In this document: piece by piece, positions 30,061 through 40,410 of the stretch
Position numbering within the stretch: the stretch's first letter is position 1
Layout: each line of letters opens with the position of its first letter
Source of the DNA: an uncultured Actinomycetes bacterium
GTDB lineage: Bacteria; Actinomycetota; Actinomycetes; S36-B12; UBA5976
Reading direction: 5' to 3'
DNA length: 48,019 nucleotides
Assembly: GCA_903951185.1 (NCBI GenBank)
Contig: CAJBBC010000116.1
Location: 1 to 48,019 of the forward strand
Notes under the pieces: model-generated
Seen by the model: the letters and a program-made list of their open reading frames with translations, nothing else
Databases searched by the model: none
Told to the model about the DNA's origin: nothing
Program-made: the position numbers and the translations under genes

Positions 30061-30639
30061 ATGAGTGCAATAACCACCAGCCCTGTTTTAGTTGACCGCT
30101 GGGTAAAGAATTCAGTAGTCCGCAGTGCTGTATCAGTATTAGGACTCGTTGGGCTAACAGCCGTTAGTGCACAAATTGCAGTGCCGCTGCCATTTACACC
30201 GGTACCGCTAACTCTTCAAACTTTTGCAGTTCTGGCTGGCGCTGCCGCACTAGGAGCGAACCGCGCAGTCACTGCACAAACTATTTATTTACTTTTAGCA
30301 TTTGCTGGTACACCAATTCTTGCTGGTGGCGCAGGTGGTGCCCAAAAAGTATTCGGTGCTACTGGCGGCTATTTAGTTGGCTTTATTATCGCCTCATACG
30401 TAGTTGGTCGGATTGCTGAATTTGGCGTAACTAAAAAAGTTAAGGCCACCGTAGTTGCTTATGCAGTTGGCTCATTTGTGATTTACAGTTTTGGTGCGCT
30501 TTGGTTAGCTCAGTTCACTGGTAATAGTTTGAGTTGGGCGATTTCTAATGGCGTAACACCATTTATTGTTGGTGACTTAATCAAAGCTGCTGCTGCTGGC
30601 GCAGTTTTACCAAGCATTTGGAAACTAACTAGCAAATAA
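30061..30639 (+). CDS. bioY: biotin transporter BioY (solitary; no ECF A/T genes adjacent)
   Basis: 192 aa with 5-6 TM helices. VPLPFTPVPLTLQTFAVLAGAAALG and GGYLVGFI are BioY signatures. Confidence 0.85.
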   Translation: MSAITTSPVLVDRWVKNSVVRSAVSVLGLVGLTAVSAQIAVPLPFTPVPLTLQTFAVLAGAAALGANRAVTAQTIYLLLAFAGTPILAGGAGGAQKVFGATGGYLVGFIIASYVVGRIAEFGVTKKVKATVVAYAVGSFVIYSFGALWLAQFTGNSLSWAISNGVTPFIVGDLIKAAAAGAVLPSIWKLTSK

Positions 30640-31941
30640 CCAAAGGACTGGCAAAGCCGTCATGGCTATTGCACCAAGTCCAACTAACAAACTTGACCAC
30701 CAAGGCGCATGCCATTGTCCAAGTAATTGCTTATCTCGTGAAATACGCCAAATAACAAACATCAAAATTGGTGCGGTAAGACCATTAATGATCGCAGCTA
30801 GCACTAATGACTGCATTGGGTTAATTCCAAGAAGATTCAACAACAATGCAATTGCCATAGATACTGCAATCACAGCATAAAATTGTTTAGCTTGGCTCGG
30901 TTTACGTTCCAAACTCTCACGCCAACCGAATGCCTCACTTACCGCGTATGCGGTAGAACCAGCTAATACCGGAACAGCAAGCAACCCGGTGCCTAAAATG
31001 CCGAGCGCAAATAACAATCCGGCTAAGTCTCCAGCGATTGGTCGAAGTGCAGCCGCCGCTTGTTCGGGCGAAGTGATATTTGTAATCCCTGTCTCAAAAA
31101 GAGTTGCCGCAGAAGTTGTCATAATCGCAAACATGACAAACACGCCAGAAAACATTCCGGCCAGTACATCACCACGCATTGCTTTTACGTGAGTTTGCGA
31201 AATATCCGGTGCATGTAGGCCTTCTTCCATTTCCTCCGCGGCTTGCCAAAAGAATAAGTAAGGAGAAATAGTTGTACCAGCAAGTGCAATCAAGGCTGTT
31301 AAATCGGTTTTCGACCAAGTAATCGAAATACTTGTTAAACCATTCCAGACCAAAGCCCAATTAACATCAGCTACAAATAGAACAATTACGTAGCTTAAAA
31401 GGGATAGGCAGAGCCAGCGAAGAACTTTGGCGTACCGATGGTAAGGAATCAAAATTTCAGCGATAGAAACTATTAAGGCGACGGTCACAACGACAACAAT
31501 TTGACTCGCCGGAATAAACATTCGGATAACTGCCGCCATTGAACTTAAATCGGCGGCAATGTTTACCGTATTTGCGATTGCCACTAAGGCAACCATTAAA
31601 TACAAAACTGGGGCCGGAAAACGCCGCTTAATTACGCGAGCTAAACCCTCACCGGTAACCAGGGCAATTCGGGCGCAGGCCTCCTGAATGGCAAAGGCGA
31701 AGGGCAGTAAAACTGGTGCTACCCAAAGACTGCGGTAACCCTGTGTCGCACCAATTTGTGAGTATGTTCCAATTCCAGATGGATCGTCATCGGCAGCGCC
31801 AGTTACGATACCTGGCCCGATCCGACTGAAGTAACCAACACCGCGAATCTGATTGCGGATTGGGTGGTGCTGATCAGACTGGGCAGCCTGATCTCTAGTT
31901 ACCAGCTCTTGTTCACCAGATGCCGACCTAATATCTTCCAC
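30625..31941 (-). CDS. mntH: NRAMP-family divalent metal (Mn2+/Fe2+) transporter
   Basis: GTG start. GPGIVTGAADDDPSGIGTYSQ is the conserved NRAMP DPGN-region equivalent. About 11 TM helices. Confidence 0.85.
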   Translation of the reverse strand: MEDIRSASGEQELVTRDQAAQSDQHHPIRNQIRGVGYFSRIGPGIVTGAADDDPSGIGTYSQIGATQGYRSLWVAPVLLPFAFAIQEACARIALVTGEGLARVIKRRFPAPVLYLMVALVAIANTVNIAADLSSMAAVIRMFIPASQIVVVVTVALIVSIAEILIPYHRYAKVLRWLCLSLLSYVIVLFVADVNWALVWNGLTSISITWSKTDLTALIALAGTTISPYLFFWQAAEEMEEGLHAPDISQTHVKAMRGDVLAGMFSGVFVMFAIMTTSAATLFETGITNITSPEQAAAALRPIAGDLAGLLFALGILGTGLLAVPVLAGSTAYAVSEAFGWRESLERKPSQAKQFYAVIAVSMAIALLLNLLGINPMQSLVLAAIINGLTAPILMFVIWRISRDKQLLGQWHAPWWSSLLVGLGAIAMTALPVLWLFAS

Positions 31942-32131
31942 AACTTAACCATAACGAGTCAATCTAATTCCGTTGAATCTCAAGCAAACTTGGCAAATTT
32001 GTCAGAGCTTTGAGATTTATTGACTATAGAAAGTAGTTTTCGATTCGGGTCTTACTGGACTTAAATCAGTATGATGTTAATCGGCAACACCGGATAAATC
32101 TAAAGTTATTGCAGAAAATCAAGGGGAATTA

Positions 32132-32413
32132 GTGATCGAGTTAGTTCTCAGTGACCAAATTGTGCAGCCGATAGTGGAAAAATTATCTGGTCCACTAGTT
32201 CGGATTTCCATTAACCCAAGCCATAATTTGAATCACGCGCTTGAAACTTGTCGAACTGATTTACATGAAGCAGTTGAGTGGGCGCTGACTTCACTTTATG
32301 AAAATGATGATGCTCCGCACCGAGTTTTTGTGAGTGACGCAAGTAGCCAACAGATGGTGACTACAACTGATCCATGTTTAAACTACGGATCACAAGCGAT
32401 CATCCGCCCCTAA
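32132..32413 (+). CDS. hypothetical acidic 93-aa protein
   Basis: GTG start preceded by AAGGGGA with a 4-nt spacing. I recognise no family. The 3' end overlaps the convergent XRE gene by 24 nt. Confidence 0.4.
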   Translation: MIELVLSDQIVQPIVEKLSGPLVRISINPSHNLNHALETCRTDLHEAVEWALTSLYENDDAPHRVFVSDASSQQMVTTTDPCLNYGSQAIIRP

Positions 32414-32647
32414 AATTTCCAACGCTTTTAGAATTTCAGCTGGCGACGATTTCAGCGCTCGGCACATATCAGGAAGCAGTGCCACGCTTGGTCTTGTTTC
32501 GAGCGAGAAGTAACGGTAAAGATTGCCGCGGTTAATGCCAATTTCCTGAGCTACAACTTCTAACGAGTTGTAGCCTAAAGTTTCCATCCGGTTACGCAAC
32601 CAATCCAGACCGGTAAGTTGTTTTGTTTTTGATGCTGACTTCGCCAT
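32390..32647 (-). CDS. XRE-family helix-turn-helix protein
   Basis: 85 aa. The HTH is LEVVAQEIGINRGNLYRYFS. Confidence 0.75.
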   Translation of the reverse strand: MAKSASKTKQLTGLDWLRNRMETLGYNSLEVVAQEIGINRGNLYRYFSLETRPSVALLPDMCRALKSSPAEILKALEILGADDRL

Positions 32648-32715
32648 GGCTTCTGTTTCTAAATCGTCGGTAATTAATTATTACTCTAATATCTAGAACT
32701 TTCTACTTATAGCGT

Positions 32716-33945
32716 TTATTCCAGTGGTGTTTCTAAATCAGCCAAAGCAGCAACTTTCTCTACTTCGGAAAGTGGGCGGTTAGCACCTTGTAAGAACCGA
32801 CTGCCAAAAAGCCAGATAAAAGCGGTAGCACCGGCGAGTGAAATTGAAACTAAGCCTAGAGCGAATTGCGGATTTACTTGTTCAACTAGGTAGCCACCTA
32901 GTGCTGCTCCGACGGCAAGCATGGATCCTTCTAGAGTCCATAGCCAAGCTTGCGCTGAAGTAGCAGTTCCAGCAGGTCGAATAGCCTCTAATGTTTCCCA
33001 GTGATAAACCTGAGCAAAACCAATCGCTAATCCAAGAAAAGCTAAAACAATACCCATCCAAATTCCAGGCACAGTTAACGCAAGTGGTGCTGCCGTTATA
33101 GCAGCACATAATCCGGCTACTTTAAAACCATTAAGCGGCGTTATTGATGATTTGCGTCCGCCAATGACTAAGCCTCCAAAAATACTGGCTAAGGCAAGGG
33201 TTGAAAGCAAAGGTGCTGATAATTCAGGTCGATCTATTAGAGAGGCATAAGAGGGAATAGAAATTTCAAGTAGACCCCAACCTAAACCAAATATCATTCC
33301 TTCAAGAAGTACTACTTGGTAAGCGCGACTTCGCCAAAGTGAACTAGTGCCTGGAATAGATTTTTCAGGGATCCAGTTTCTGGATAGTGGCATGGTGATC
33401 ATCAAGAAACCGCCAATTGCCATGGTGGCGCTCGTCAGCCAAAGGGCGGCAAAGCCTCCAAATTCGATAGCTAAAAATGTCGCCACTACCGGACCAAGCA
33501 CAGTAGTTGCATTCATCATGGTTGTGTCGATTGCATAAGCCGTGCGTAAGTTTGCTGGCCCGACGGCATCACGCCAAAGTGGGCGCGCAGCAAGATTAAT
33601 CGGTGGCGAAGCTAGACCAATTAAAGCTGCGGTTACCAAAATCCAGGTTCGATCATCATTCAGAGTAAGTAAATAAACCATTAGTACCCAACTAGGTACA
33701 AAAATACTTAATGGTCTGAACTGACCAAAGCGATCAATAATACTTCCACGAATTCCGGCAGTTAGCGCTGAAGTTAGAGTCTCTAAGCCGGTAGCAAAGC
33801 CAGCCAGGGTAATTGATCCAGTCACATCTTTAACATAGAAAAAAGTTGCTAACTGAATCATCGAGTAAGCAAATCGACCGGGTAGTGCACTTACAACTAA
33901 ACGTTTTACGCCAGGTAATTTAAATAATTCAAGATACTGGCGCAT
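32716..33945 (-). CDS. MFS transporter
   Basis: 409 aa with 12 hydrophobic helices. The loop motif is GSIIDRFGQFRP. Confidence 0.85.
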   Translation of the reverse strand: MRQYLELFKLPGVKRLVVSALPGRFAYSMIQLATFFYVKDVTGSITLAGFATGLETLTSALTAGIRGSIIDRFGQFRPLSIFVPSWVLMVYLLTLNDDRTWILVTAALIGLASPPINLAARPLWRDAVGPANLRTAYAIDTTMMNATTVLGPVVATFLAIEFGGFAALWLTSATMAIGGFLMITMPLSRNWIPEKSIPGTSSLWRSRAYQVVLLEGMIFGLGWGLLEISIPSYASLIDRPELSAPLLSTLALASIFGGLVIGGRKSSITPLNGFKVAGLCAAITAAPLALTVPGIWMGIVLAFLGLAIGFAQVYHWETLEAIRPAGTATSAQAWLWTLEGSMLAVGAALGGYLVEQVNPQFALGLVSISLAGATAFIWLFGSRFLQGANRPLSEVEKVAALADLETPLE

Positions 33946-34029
33946 TTATTAAGGATACTCGTGTTATCCCACTTGAAAGTAACAATACATTTAGGGCCAA
34001 ATGGATTTATTCAGGCATAGAGTTGAATT

Positions 34030-35034
34030 ATGAGCGATTATGAAAAACTGAAACCAGCTCTGCGGACTCTTGTTGATCGTGGAACTTTAGATGCCAGTCA
34101 AGCATTAGCTGCTCAACTAGCTATGCAGGATTCTGGATTAGCTAGTGATGGCCGAAGTCGTAAATCATTGTTTTCGGAGGCGCTGACATTTGTTGGCGGT
34201 GCAGTTGTTTTTGTTTCTGCTGGTTTACTCCTCAGCCAAACTTGGGATCAGCTAGGCACCTGGGGTAGACCCGGCGTTATTGGAGTTGCGGCCGCATTAT
34301 TATTCATTGCTGCGTATCGATTAAGTCGGGTAATTAGTACAGACGTTAATCGTCGGTTAGCGGCCACACTATTCACTGGCTCCGCAGCTTTAACTGCATT
34401 CACCATTGGTTTAGTACTTACTCAATTTTGGATTCCGCAAAATGACGCTGAGGCCAATTATTGGGTTAATCCAAAACCGTGGGTTATTCCCACGATCGCA
34501 ATATTCTGCGCAGTTAGTGCCGGCGTAGTTTCAGTCTTTGGTTACCAGCGAGCAAAAACTGCCGTTGGCGTAATTGCCCAAATAGTTTGTACAAATGTGG
34601 CCGTCTTTGCATTTGGCGCATTGATATTCATTGAATTATTTGGTCGCGATGAGTGGCCAAATTATGCCTTTCTAGGCTTATTTGTTATCGGCGGAGTATG
34701 GGTTTATGTAGCCGAAAAAGAACTTTTCAGCCAGTGGCAGAGTGTGGCGATTAGTTCTATCGGCACATTGTTTATTGCCTCGCAGGGGTTTCGCGAACAG
34801 TTTGGAAACTGGTTTGTGCCGACTTTAGAAATAGCCGGCGGCTTAATGTTTTTAGCTTTGTACATGTATGGACGAAAGTGGCCATTCTTGGCTGGTGGTA
34901 TTGGTGCGATGTTAATCGGGGGAATTGAACTATTAAGTCGTTACGTCGAGGGTATTAGTGGCGCATTAGCAAGTATGGGTCTGGGAATAGCATTACTAGT
35001 CTTGGGAACTCGACTATTTAACGAACAGAAGTAG
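34030..35034 (+). CDS. polytopic membrane protein of unknown function
   Basis: 334 aa. A soluble N-terminal segment of about 45 aa is followed by about 8 hydrophobic helices. I recognise no family. Confidence 0.65.
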   Translation: MSDYEKLKPALRTLVDRGTLDASQALAAQLAMQDSGLASDGRSRKSLFSEALTFVGGAVVFVSAGLLLSQTWDQLGTWGRPGVIGVAAALLFIAAYRLSRVISTDVNRRLAATLFTGSAALTAFTIGLVLTQFWIPQNDAEANYWVNPKPWVIPTIAIFCAVSAGVVSVFGYQRAKTAVGVIAQIVCTNVAVFAFGALIFIELFGRDEWPNYAFLGLFVIGGVWVYVAEKELFSQWQSVAISSIGTLFIASQGFREQFGNWFVPTLEIAGGLMFLALYMYGRKWPFLAGGIGAMLIGGIELLSRYVEGISGALASMGLGIALLVLGTRLFNEQK

Positions 35035-35042
35035 CATTAACT

Positions 35043-35483
35043 ATGTTTCAAATACGTTTAGCAACAGTTGCCGATGTACCGGCACTAACCTCATTAGTAG
35101 AGCAGTATCGCGCTTTTTATAAACAGGATGCGAATCCAAATACTGAAAGTTATTTAACAGAACGGATTAAGAATCAAGAAAGTGTTGTCTTTGTTGCCGA
35201 TGACCACGGCACTTTAGTAGGGTTCACTCAGTCTTACCCGACTTTTTCAACTGTTTCACTTAGTCGGATCTGGTTATTAAACGATTTATTCGTTGCCCCG
35301 GAACATCGCGGTAAACACATTGCCGATCAGTTGATAAAGGTGACCGAAGAAAGTGCAAAAGAATCTGGGGCAACTCGGATTTGGTTACGTACCGCACACA
35401 CTAATTCGCCTGCCCAAGCTTTATACGAGGGTCGAGGCTGGATGCAAGATGAAATTTACCGAAGGTACGACTTAATTTTTTAA
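35043..35483 (+). CDS. GNAT-family N-acetyltransferase
   Basis: The acetyl-CoA binding region is LFVAPEHRGKHIADQLI...AQALYEGRGW. Confidence 0.8.
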   Translation: MFQIRLATVADVPALTSLVEQYRAFYKQDANPNTESYLTERIKNQESVVFVADDHGTLVGFTQSYPTFSTVSLSRIWLLNDLFVAPEHRGKHIADQLIKVTEESAKESGATRIWLRTAHTNSPAQALYEGRGWMQDEIYRRYDLIF

Positions 35484-35725
35484 ATTACGCCAAGCTCTTC
35501 AAGTTTTGCGCGCAATGCAGGGTCGCTAGGTTCCGTTAAATGCGTGCCATCAGCAAACACAATTACTGGAATTGATTGGGCGCCACCATTGATTTCTATT
35601 ACTTTTTCGGTAGCTTCTGGAGTTTCCTCGAGATTCACGTAATCGTAGTTAACGCCAAGTTCCTTTAGTAATGCCGCAGAACGACGGCAATCGCCACACC
35701 ATTGGGCGCCATACATTGTGATCAT
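35480..35725 (-). CDS. glutaredoxin/mycoredoxin-like thiol-disulfide protein (CGDC)
   Basis: 81 aa. MYGAQWCGDCRRS...SIPVIVFADGTHLTEPS shows the thioredoxin fold with a cis-Pro block. Confidence 0.8.
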   Translation of the reverse strand: MITMYGAQWCGDCRRSAALLKELGVNYDYVNLEETPEATEKVIEINGGAQSIPVIVFADGTHLTEPSDPALRAKLEELGVI

Positions 35726-35747
35726 GTGTTTAGTTTAACTGCAAAAT

Positions 35748-35778
35748 AAAACCCCTAGGTGTTTACCTAGGGGTTTTA
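35748..35778 (-). terminator. rho-independent (bidirectional) terminator after glnA1
   Basis: AAAA-CCCCTAGGT-gttt-ACCTAGGGG-TTTTATT is a perfect 9-bp stem flanked by A/T runs. Confidence 0.8.
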
Positions 35779-35791
35779 TTCATTATTTGCT

Positions 35792-37237
35792 TTATAAGTC
35801 GTAATACAACTCAAATTCAGCTGGATGCGGACGTAACCGCACATAATCCACTTCGGCAGTCTGCTTGTACTCAATCCAAGTATCAATTAAGTCTTGGGTG
35901 AATACTCCGCCTTCCATTAAGTAGTCATGGTCGGCTTCAAGAGCTGCTAATACTTCTGGCAGGGAAGCTGGCACTTGAGGAATATTCGCAGCTTCTTCAG
36001 GTGGCAACTCGTATAGGTCTTTATCAACCGGAGCCATTGGTTCGATTTTGTTCTTGATGCCATCTAACCCAGCCATTAGCAATGCGGCGAAAGCTAAGTA
36101 CGGATTACTTGATGGATCTGGGCAACGGAATTCAATGCGCTTAGCTTTTGGATTACTGCCAGTGATTGGAATTCGAATACAAGCAGAACGGTTACGTTGC
36201 GAGTAAACCAAATTAACTGGAGCTTCATAACCCGGCACTAATCGGTGGAAAGAGTTCACAGTTGGGTTAGTAAAAGCGAGTAGGGAAGGTGCATGTTTAA
36301 GAATGCCACCAATGTACCAACGAGCTAAGTCAGATAACCCACCGTAACCGCGCTCATCGTAGAAAAGTGGCTTTCCATTTGTCCATAAAGATTGGTGTAC
36401 GTGCATACCTGAACCATTGTCACCAAAAATTGGCTTTGGCATGAATGTTGCAGTTTTACCATGCGCCCAAGCTTGGTTCTTGATTACGTATTTGAAAAGC
36501 ATTACTTCGTCAGCAGCTTTTAACAAAGTGTTGAAGCGGTAGTTAATTTCCATTTGGCCCGCTGATCCAACTTCATGGTGTGAACGTTCCACAAGTAATC
36601 CAACTTCACCAAGTTTGGTAACCATTGAGTCACGTAAATCGGCCATTTGATCAGTCGGGGATACCGGAAAGTAGCCACCTTTAACTCGAGTTTTGTATCC
36701 ACGGTTATCCGATCCATCGGCATTGAATTCGCTACCCATATTCCAAGCGCCTTCAATTGAATCTACGTGATGGAATGAACCATTTGCACTAGTACTGAAT
36801 CGCGCTGAATCGAATACGAAGAACTCAGCTTCCGGTGCAAAAAATGCGGTATCAGCGATGCCCGTTGAAGCTAAGTACGCTTCAGCTTTTGCAGCCACAT
36901 TTCTTGGATCACGGCTATATGGTTCATCTGTAAATGGATCACGGACCGAGAAGTTCATAACTAATGTTTTTGCCGTGCGGAATGGATCGATAAATGCAGT
37001 AGTTACATCTGGAATTAACTTCATATCTGATTCATGGATGGATTGAAAACCTCGGATAGAGGAACCATCAAACATCTGGCCATCTTTAAATAAAGATTCA
37101 TCGACTGATTCAACTGGCATATTGAAATGCTGTTGCATGCCAGGTAAATCGCAGAAACGAACATCTACGAATTTAACGTCATTATCTTTAATGTATTTAA
37201 GGACATCTTGGGCTGTTTTCAGACCTAAGTTGGACAT
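35792..37237 (-). CDS. glnA: glutamine synthetase type I (GlnA1, adenylylatable)
   Basis: GGAGGA SD. The motifs are [34 protein letters not shown] and NRSACIRIP, plus the adenylylation site [10 protein letters not shown]. Confidence 0.95.
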   Translation of the reverse strand: MSNLGLKTAQDVLKYIKDNDVKFVDVRFCDLPGMQQHFNMPVESVDESLFKDGQMFDGSSIRGFQSIHESDMKLIPDVTTAFIDPFRTAKTLVMNFSVRDPFTDEPYSRDPRNVAAKAEAYLASTGIADTAFFAPEAEFFVFDSARFSTSANGSFHHVDSIEGAWNMGSEFNADGSDNRGYKTRVKGGYFPVSPTDQMADLRDSMVTKLGEVGLLVERSHHEVGSAGQMEINYRFNTLLKAADEVMLFKYVIKNQAWAHGKTATFMPKPIFGDNGSGMHVHQSLWTNGKPLFYDERGYGGLSDLARWYIGGILKHAPSLLAFTNPTVNSFHRLVPGYEAPVNLVYSQRNRSACIRIPITGSNPKAKRIEFRCPDPSSNPYLAFAALLMAGLDGIKNKIEPMAPVDKDLYELPPEEAANIPQVPASLPEVLAALEADHDYLMEGGVFTQDLIDTWIEYKQTAEVDYVRLRPHPAEFELYYDL

Positions 37238-37307
37238 CCATCCTCCATAATTTCGCCGCAGGTAGCTAGCAATTTGACTGGCTACAACTGCAATTTAGAC
37301 GAATTCG

Positions 37308-37345
37308 ATTTCAAAACCGTGTCTCATGTGTTTCAGTTTTGTTAC
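37308..37345 (-). promoter_or_regulatory. GlnR-type binding site upstream of glnA1
   Basis: The minus strand reads GTAAC-aaaact-GAAAC-acatga-GACAC-ggtttt-GAAAT. This matches the actinobacterial GlnR consensus gTnAC-n6-GaAAC repeated twice with 6-nt spacers. It lies 71-108 nt upstream of the glnA ATG. Confidence 0.55.
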
Positions 37346-37408
37346 GTGTCGTCCCAACCAAGTTTTTCACTCAGCGGTTTGTCGATAACCCCAGATAGGC
37401 TGACTTTC

Positions 37409-37882
37409 ATGGATCGTAAAGATATTGGCTCTTGGCTCCAAGGCCCAAGAGCTGCCCTTGAACAGCAGGGGATGGATTTCGGTTATCCAGGGCAACGACT
37501 TGGGATGCCTCAAACCGGTCCAGGTTCCGTTGCTCGGATGGGTCGTCGCCTTAGCGCTCTAGTTATTGACTGGCTCACCAGCAACTTAATAGTCACTGCC
37601 ATTTTTTCTGGAGTTGCTTATGGCAGTGTGCAATCAAGTGTTTTGGCATTAAGTGTTTTCCTTTGCCAAGTTACGGTATTTACTATTTTGATCGGGGCAA
37701 GCTTCGGTCAGCAGATTTTGGGCGTTGGCATAAGAGCTGTGGATGGCAAAAAACTGGGAACAATTCCAACTGTTTTGCGTACTTTACTTTTGGGACTTGC
37801 GATCCCAGCTTTAATTTGGGATCGCGATGGTCGTGGGTTACACGACAAAATTACAAAATCAATTGCCGTTCGAACTCGCTAG
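37409..37882 (+). CDS. RDD-family membrane protein
   Basis: ATG at 37409 is preferred over the 37274 extension, which runs through the glnA promoter region. RRLSALVIDWL plus 3 TM helices and a conserved ...RGLHDKI tail fit the RDD family. The position next to glnA1 is syntenic with mycobacteria. Confidence 0.8.
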   Translation: MDRKDIGSWLQGPRAALEQQGMDFGYPGQRLGMPQTGPGSVARMGRRLSALVIDWLTSNLIVTAIFSGVAYGSVQSSVLALSVFLCQVTVFTILIGASFGQQILGVGIRAVDGKKLGTIPTVLRTLLLGLAIPALIWDRDGRGLHDKITKSIAVRTR

Positions 37883-37884
37883 AA

Positions 37885-38112
37885 CTAAAGTCCGAGTTGC
37901 TCTAAAACTGTCTTAAGTATTCCGGCTTGATCGATTTCAAAATTTAATAGACCAGAGCTTTTCAAATACGGCAAGACGACAAAAATTATTAGACCAACGA
38001 TAATCGCAAATTTAATTAATTTTTTAGCCAGTAAAAGCACAACCACAGCTGCAATAATCCACTGGGTAGTAGTTAAAGTACCGATGAAATCTGTAATAAA
38101 AGTAGTATCCAT
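37885..38112 (-). CDS. small two-helix membrane protein
   Basis: 75 aa. Its ATG overlaps the upstream stop (TAATG), which suggests translational coupling with the DUF4191 gene. Confidence 0.55.
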   Translation of the reverse strand: MDTTFITDFIGTLTTTQWIIAAVVVLLLAKKLIKFAIIVGLIIFVVLPYLKSSGLLNFEIDQAGILKTVLEQLGL

Positions 38113-38774
38113 TAGCGTCGTGACACCTTACGTCCTTGAGGTAGTGGGCCTTTAGGAATCGGGAAAGCTGACTTAGGTAGCGCATCTAATCTGCGACGAA
38201 CGTCAGTAACTTCTGCAGGTCGTAATGCTTTCTTAAGTTTCTTAATACTTTTTTGTAGATTTGAAATTGTTATGCCGTTCTCGCCGACAATAAATTCATG
38301 GATCGGCACATTTGGTACATAACGAGCATGAGCTTTGCGTTGCTCAGCTAAAAGTAAACCTGGTCGACTTCCTTCGCCAACTAAAATAATGCCTGGTCGA
38401 CCGACTACTCGGTGCGCAATGTTTTGGTTTTTATCCACACCAATGCCTGCTGAAACGAACCATGCACCACGAAGTGCATTTAGAACAGAACCGGCTGCAC
38501 CGATCTGTCCCTCAATCGAGCGGTACGCAGCTTGTTCAGCCATTTTTCCAAAAATAATTAGCGTAACCAACACCGCAACTGAGAATGCAGTTATTCCCAT
38601 CAGGATTTGTTGTTCAAGTACGACACCAATCGCATAGAACGCTGCGAATACGGCGGCAAAAATACCGAGTAGTTTCAGGCTTAGGAAAGAGATTTCAGCA
38701 GATGCAAATGAATATGTTTCGCGAACTTGTTTGTACCAACGCTGTTTACGCGGAGCAGGATTTGAAGCAGACAT
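38112..38774 (-). CDS. DUF4191 membrane protein
   Basis: ATG at 38774 avoids overlap with lipA. RKQRWYKQVRETY followed by two TM helices is the DUF4191 pattern. The position after lipA is syntenic. Confidence 0.8.
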   Translation of the reverse strand: MSASNPAPRKQRWYKQVRETYSFASAEISFLSLKLLGIFAAVFAAFYAIGVVLEQQILMGITAFSVAVLVTLIIFGKMAEQAAYRSIEGQIGAAGSVLNALRGAWFVSAGIGVDKNQNIAHRVVGRPGIILVGEGSRPGLLLAEQRKAHARYVPNVPIHEFIVGENGITISNLQKSIKKLKKALRPAEVTDVRRRLDALPKSAFPIPKGPLPQGRKVSRR

Positions 38775-38784
38775 AACTTTAACT

Positions 38785-39738
38785 TTAGACGGTGGAGCTG
38801 TTCCGAGCAGCAATGGCCTGCTGGTAAAGCCGGCCCGCGCGGTAAGAAGAGCGAACTAGCGGGCCGCTCATCACGCCAGCAAAACCGATTTCAGTGGCAT
38901 ATTCGGCTAATCGGACAAATTCTTCCGGCTTAACCCAGCGATCCACTGGATGGTGACGAAGCGATGGTCTCAAGTATTGCGTGATTGTGATTAAATCACA
39001 GCCAGCATTATGTAAATCGTGCAGCGCTTGTTCGATCTCCGAAATTTCTTCGCCCATACCCAGAATTAAGTTGGATTTAGTAACTAAGCCATAATCTCTT
39101 GCTGCCGTAATAACTCCAAGTGATCGCTCGTAATTAAATGCTGGGCGAATTTGTTTAAAAATTCTTGGCACAGTTTCAATATTGTGTGCAAACACTTCTG
39201 GGTTTGAATCGAAAACTTCTTTTAAGAGCTCAGGTTTAGCATTGAAATCCGGAGCCAACATTTCGACACCGCAGCCTGGTACAGCCTGGTGAATCGCCCG
39301 GATCGTTTCGGCATAGAGCCAAGCTCCGCCATCAGGTAAATCATCACGCGCTACTCCAGTAACAGTTGCGTATTTCAAATTCATTGTGGCAACTGAATCA
39401 GCAACTCGCCTTGGTTCATCTCGATCAAGGGGAAGTGGTTTACCGGTGGCAATTTGACAAAAGTCACATCTGCGGGTGCACTGGTCGCCACCAATTAAGA
39501 ATGTCGCTTCGCGATCTTCCCAACATTCATAAATATTCGGACAGCCCGCTTCTTGGCAAACTGTATGTAGGCCACCACTTTTAACCAAACTCATAATTTC
39601 GGAATACTCTGGTCCAGTTTTTAGTTTGGTTTTAATCCAGGCTGGCTTGCGTTCGATTGGTGTTTGGGAATTGCGTGCTTCAATCCGCAGTAGTCGAGGG
39701 CCAGTTTCGGCTGGCTGCGCTAAGTACGGATCAGACAT
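38785..39738 (-). CDS. lipA: lipoyl synthase (radical SAM)
   Basis: The auxiliary cluster is [12 protein letters not shown] and the radical-SAM motif is CTRRCDFC. Confidence 0.95.
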   Translation of the reverse strand: MSDPYLAQPAETGPRLLRIEARNSQTPIERKPAWIKTKLKTGPEYSEIMSLVKSGGLHTVCQEAGCPNIYECWEDREATFLIGGDQCTRRCDFCQIATGKPLPLDRDEPRRVADSVATMNLKYATVTGVARDDLPDGGAWLYAETIRAIHQAVPGCGVEMLAPDFNAKPELLKEVFDSNPEVFAHNIETVPRIFKQIRPAFNYERSLGVITAARDYGLVTKSNLILGMGEEISEIEQALHDLHNAGCDLITITQYLRPSLRHHPVDRWVKPEEFVRLAEYATEIGFAGVMSGPLVRSSYRAGRLYQQAIAARNSSTV

Positions 39739-39747
39739 GTTTTAATC

Positions 39748-40410
39748 TTAAGCGCTTCGCTGCTGGGCTAAATCAGCGATTGGATCAAACACTCGATGTA
39801 GGTGTTTTTCAAGGATTGGCAGAACCGAGGTAATTGCCATCGGCTGGCCAAGTTCTTTTGCCAAATTAGTTACGCTGGCATCAGAAATACCGCAAGGCAC
39901 TATGCGATCAAACCAATTTAGATCGTTATCGCAATTTAGTGCAAAGCCATGCATTGTTACTCCTTGTGCCACACGCACACCAATAGCTGCAACTTTCCGA
40001 TCGATCCCTTGGTCAGTAACCCAGACTCCACTGCGTCCTTTAATTCGACTTGTTACCAAACCCAAGTCAGCACATGTGTCGATTAATACTTCTTCGATTC
40101 GACGTACGTGTGCGATCACGTCCAGGGCAGCGGGTAAGTGCAAGATTGGGTAGCCGACAAGTTGCCCGGGACCGTGCCAGGTTATTTTTCCACCTCGGTC
40201 AACTTCAACAACTGGTGTGTTATCAGTAGGTAGTTCAAAACTTTCAGTTCGTCGACCAGCGGTATAAACCGGGGCATGCTCAGTTAACAAGACTGTGTCT
40301 TGGGACTTATTAGCAACAACTTTTGCATGTAGTTCTCGTTGCAATTCCCACATTTGGCCGTAATCAGATAACCCTGATTCAAGGGGCGATTTATCGATAA
40401 CGATCGGCAC
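39748..40410 (-). CDS. lipB: octanoyl-ACP:protein octanoyltransferase
   Basis: GTG start. RGGKITWHGPGQLVGYP and the catalytic region IVPCGI are present. Confidence 0.95.
   Translation of the reverse strand: MPIVIDKSPLESGLSDYGQMWELQRELHAKVVANKSQDTVLLTEHAPVYTAGRRTESFELPTDNTPVVEVDRGGKITWHGPGQLVGYPILHLPAALDVIAHVRRIEEVLIDTCADLGLVTSRIKGRSGVWVTDQGIDRKVAAIGVRVAQGVTMHGFALNCDNDLNWFDRIVPCGISDASVTNLAKELGQPMAITSVLPILEKHLHRVFDPIADLAQQRSA

Noticed and set aside
31942-32131. Mn-responsive element (MntR operator or yybP-ykoY riboswitch) upstream of the NRAMP gene
   Set aside because: Only a near-palindrome (TTGGCAAATTTGTCAG) and an imperfect flanking inverted repeat are present. I recognise no riboswitch core, and the operator assignment would be guesswork.
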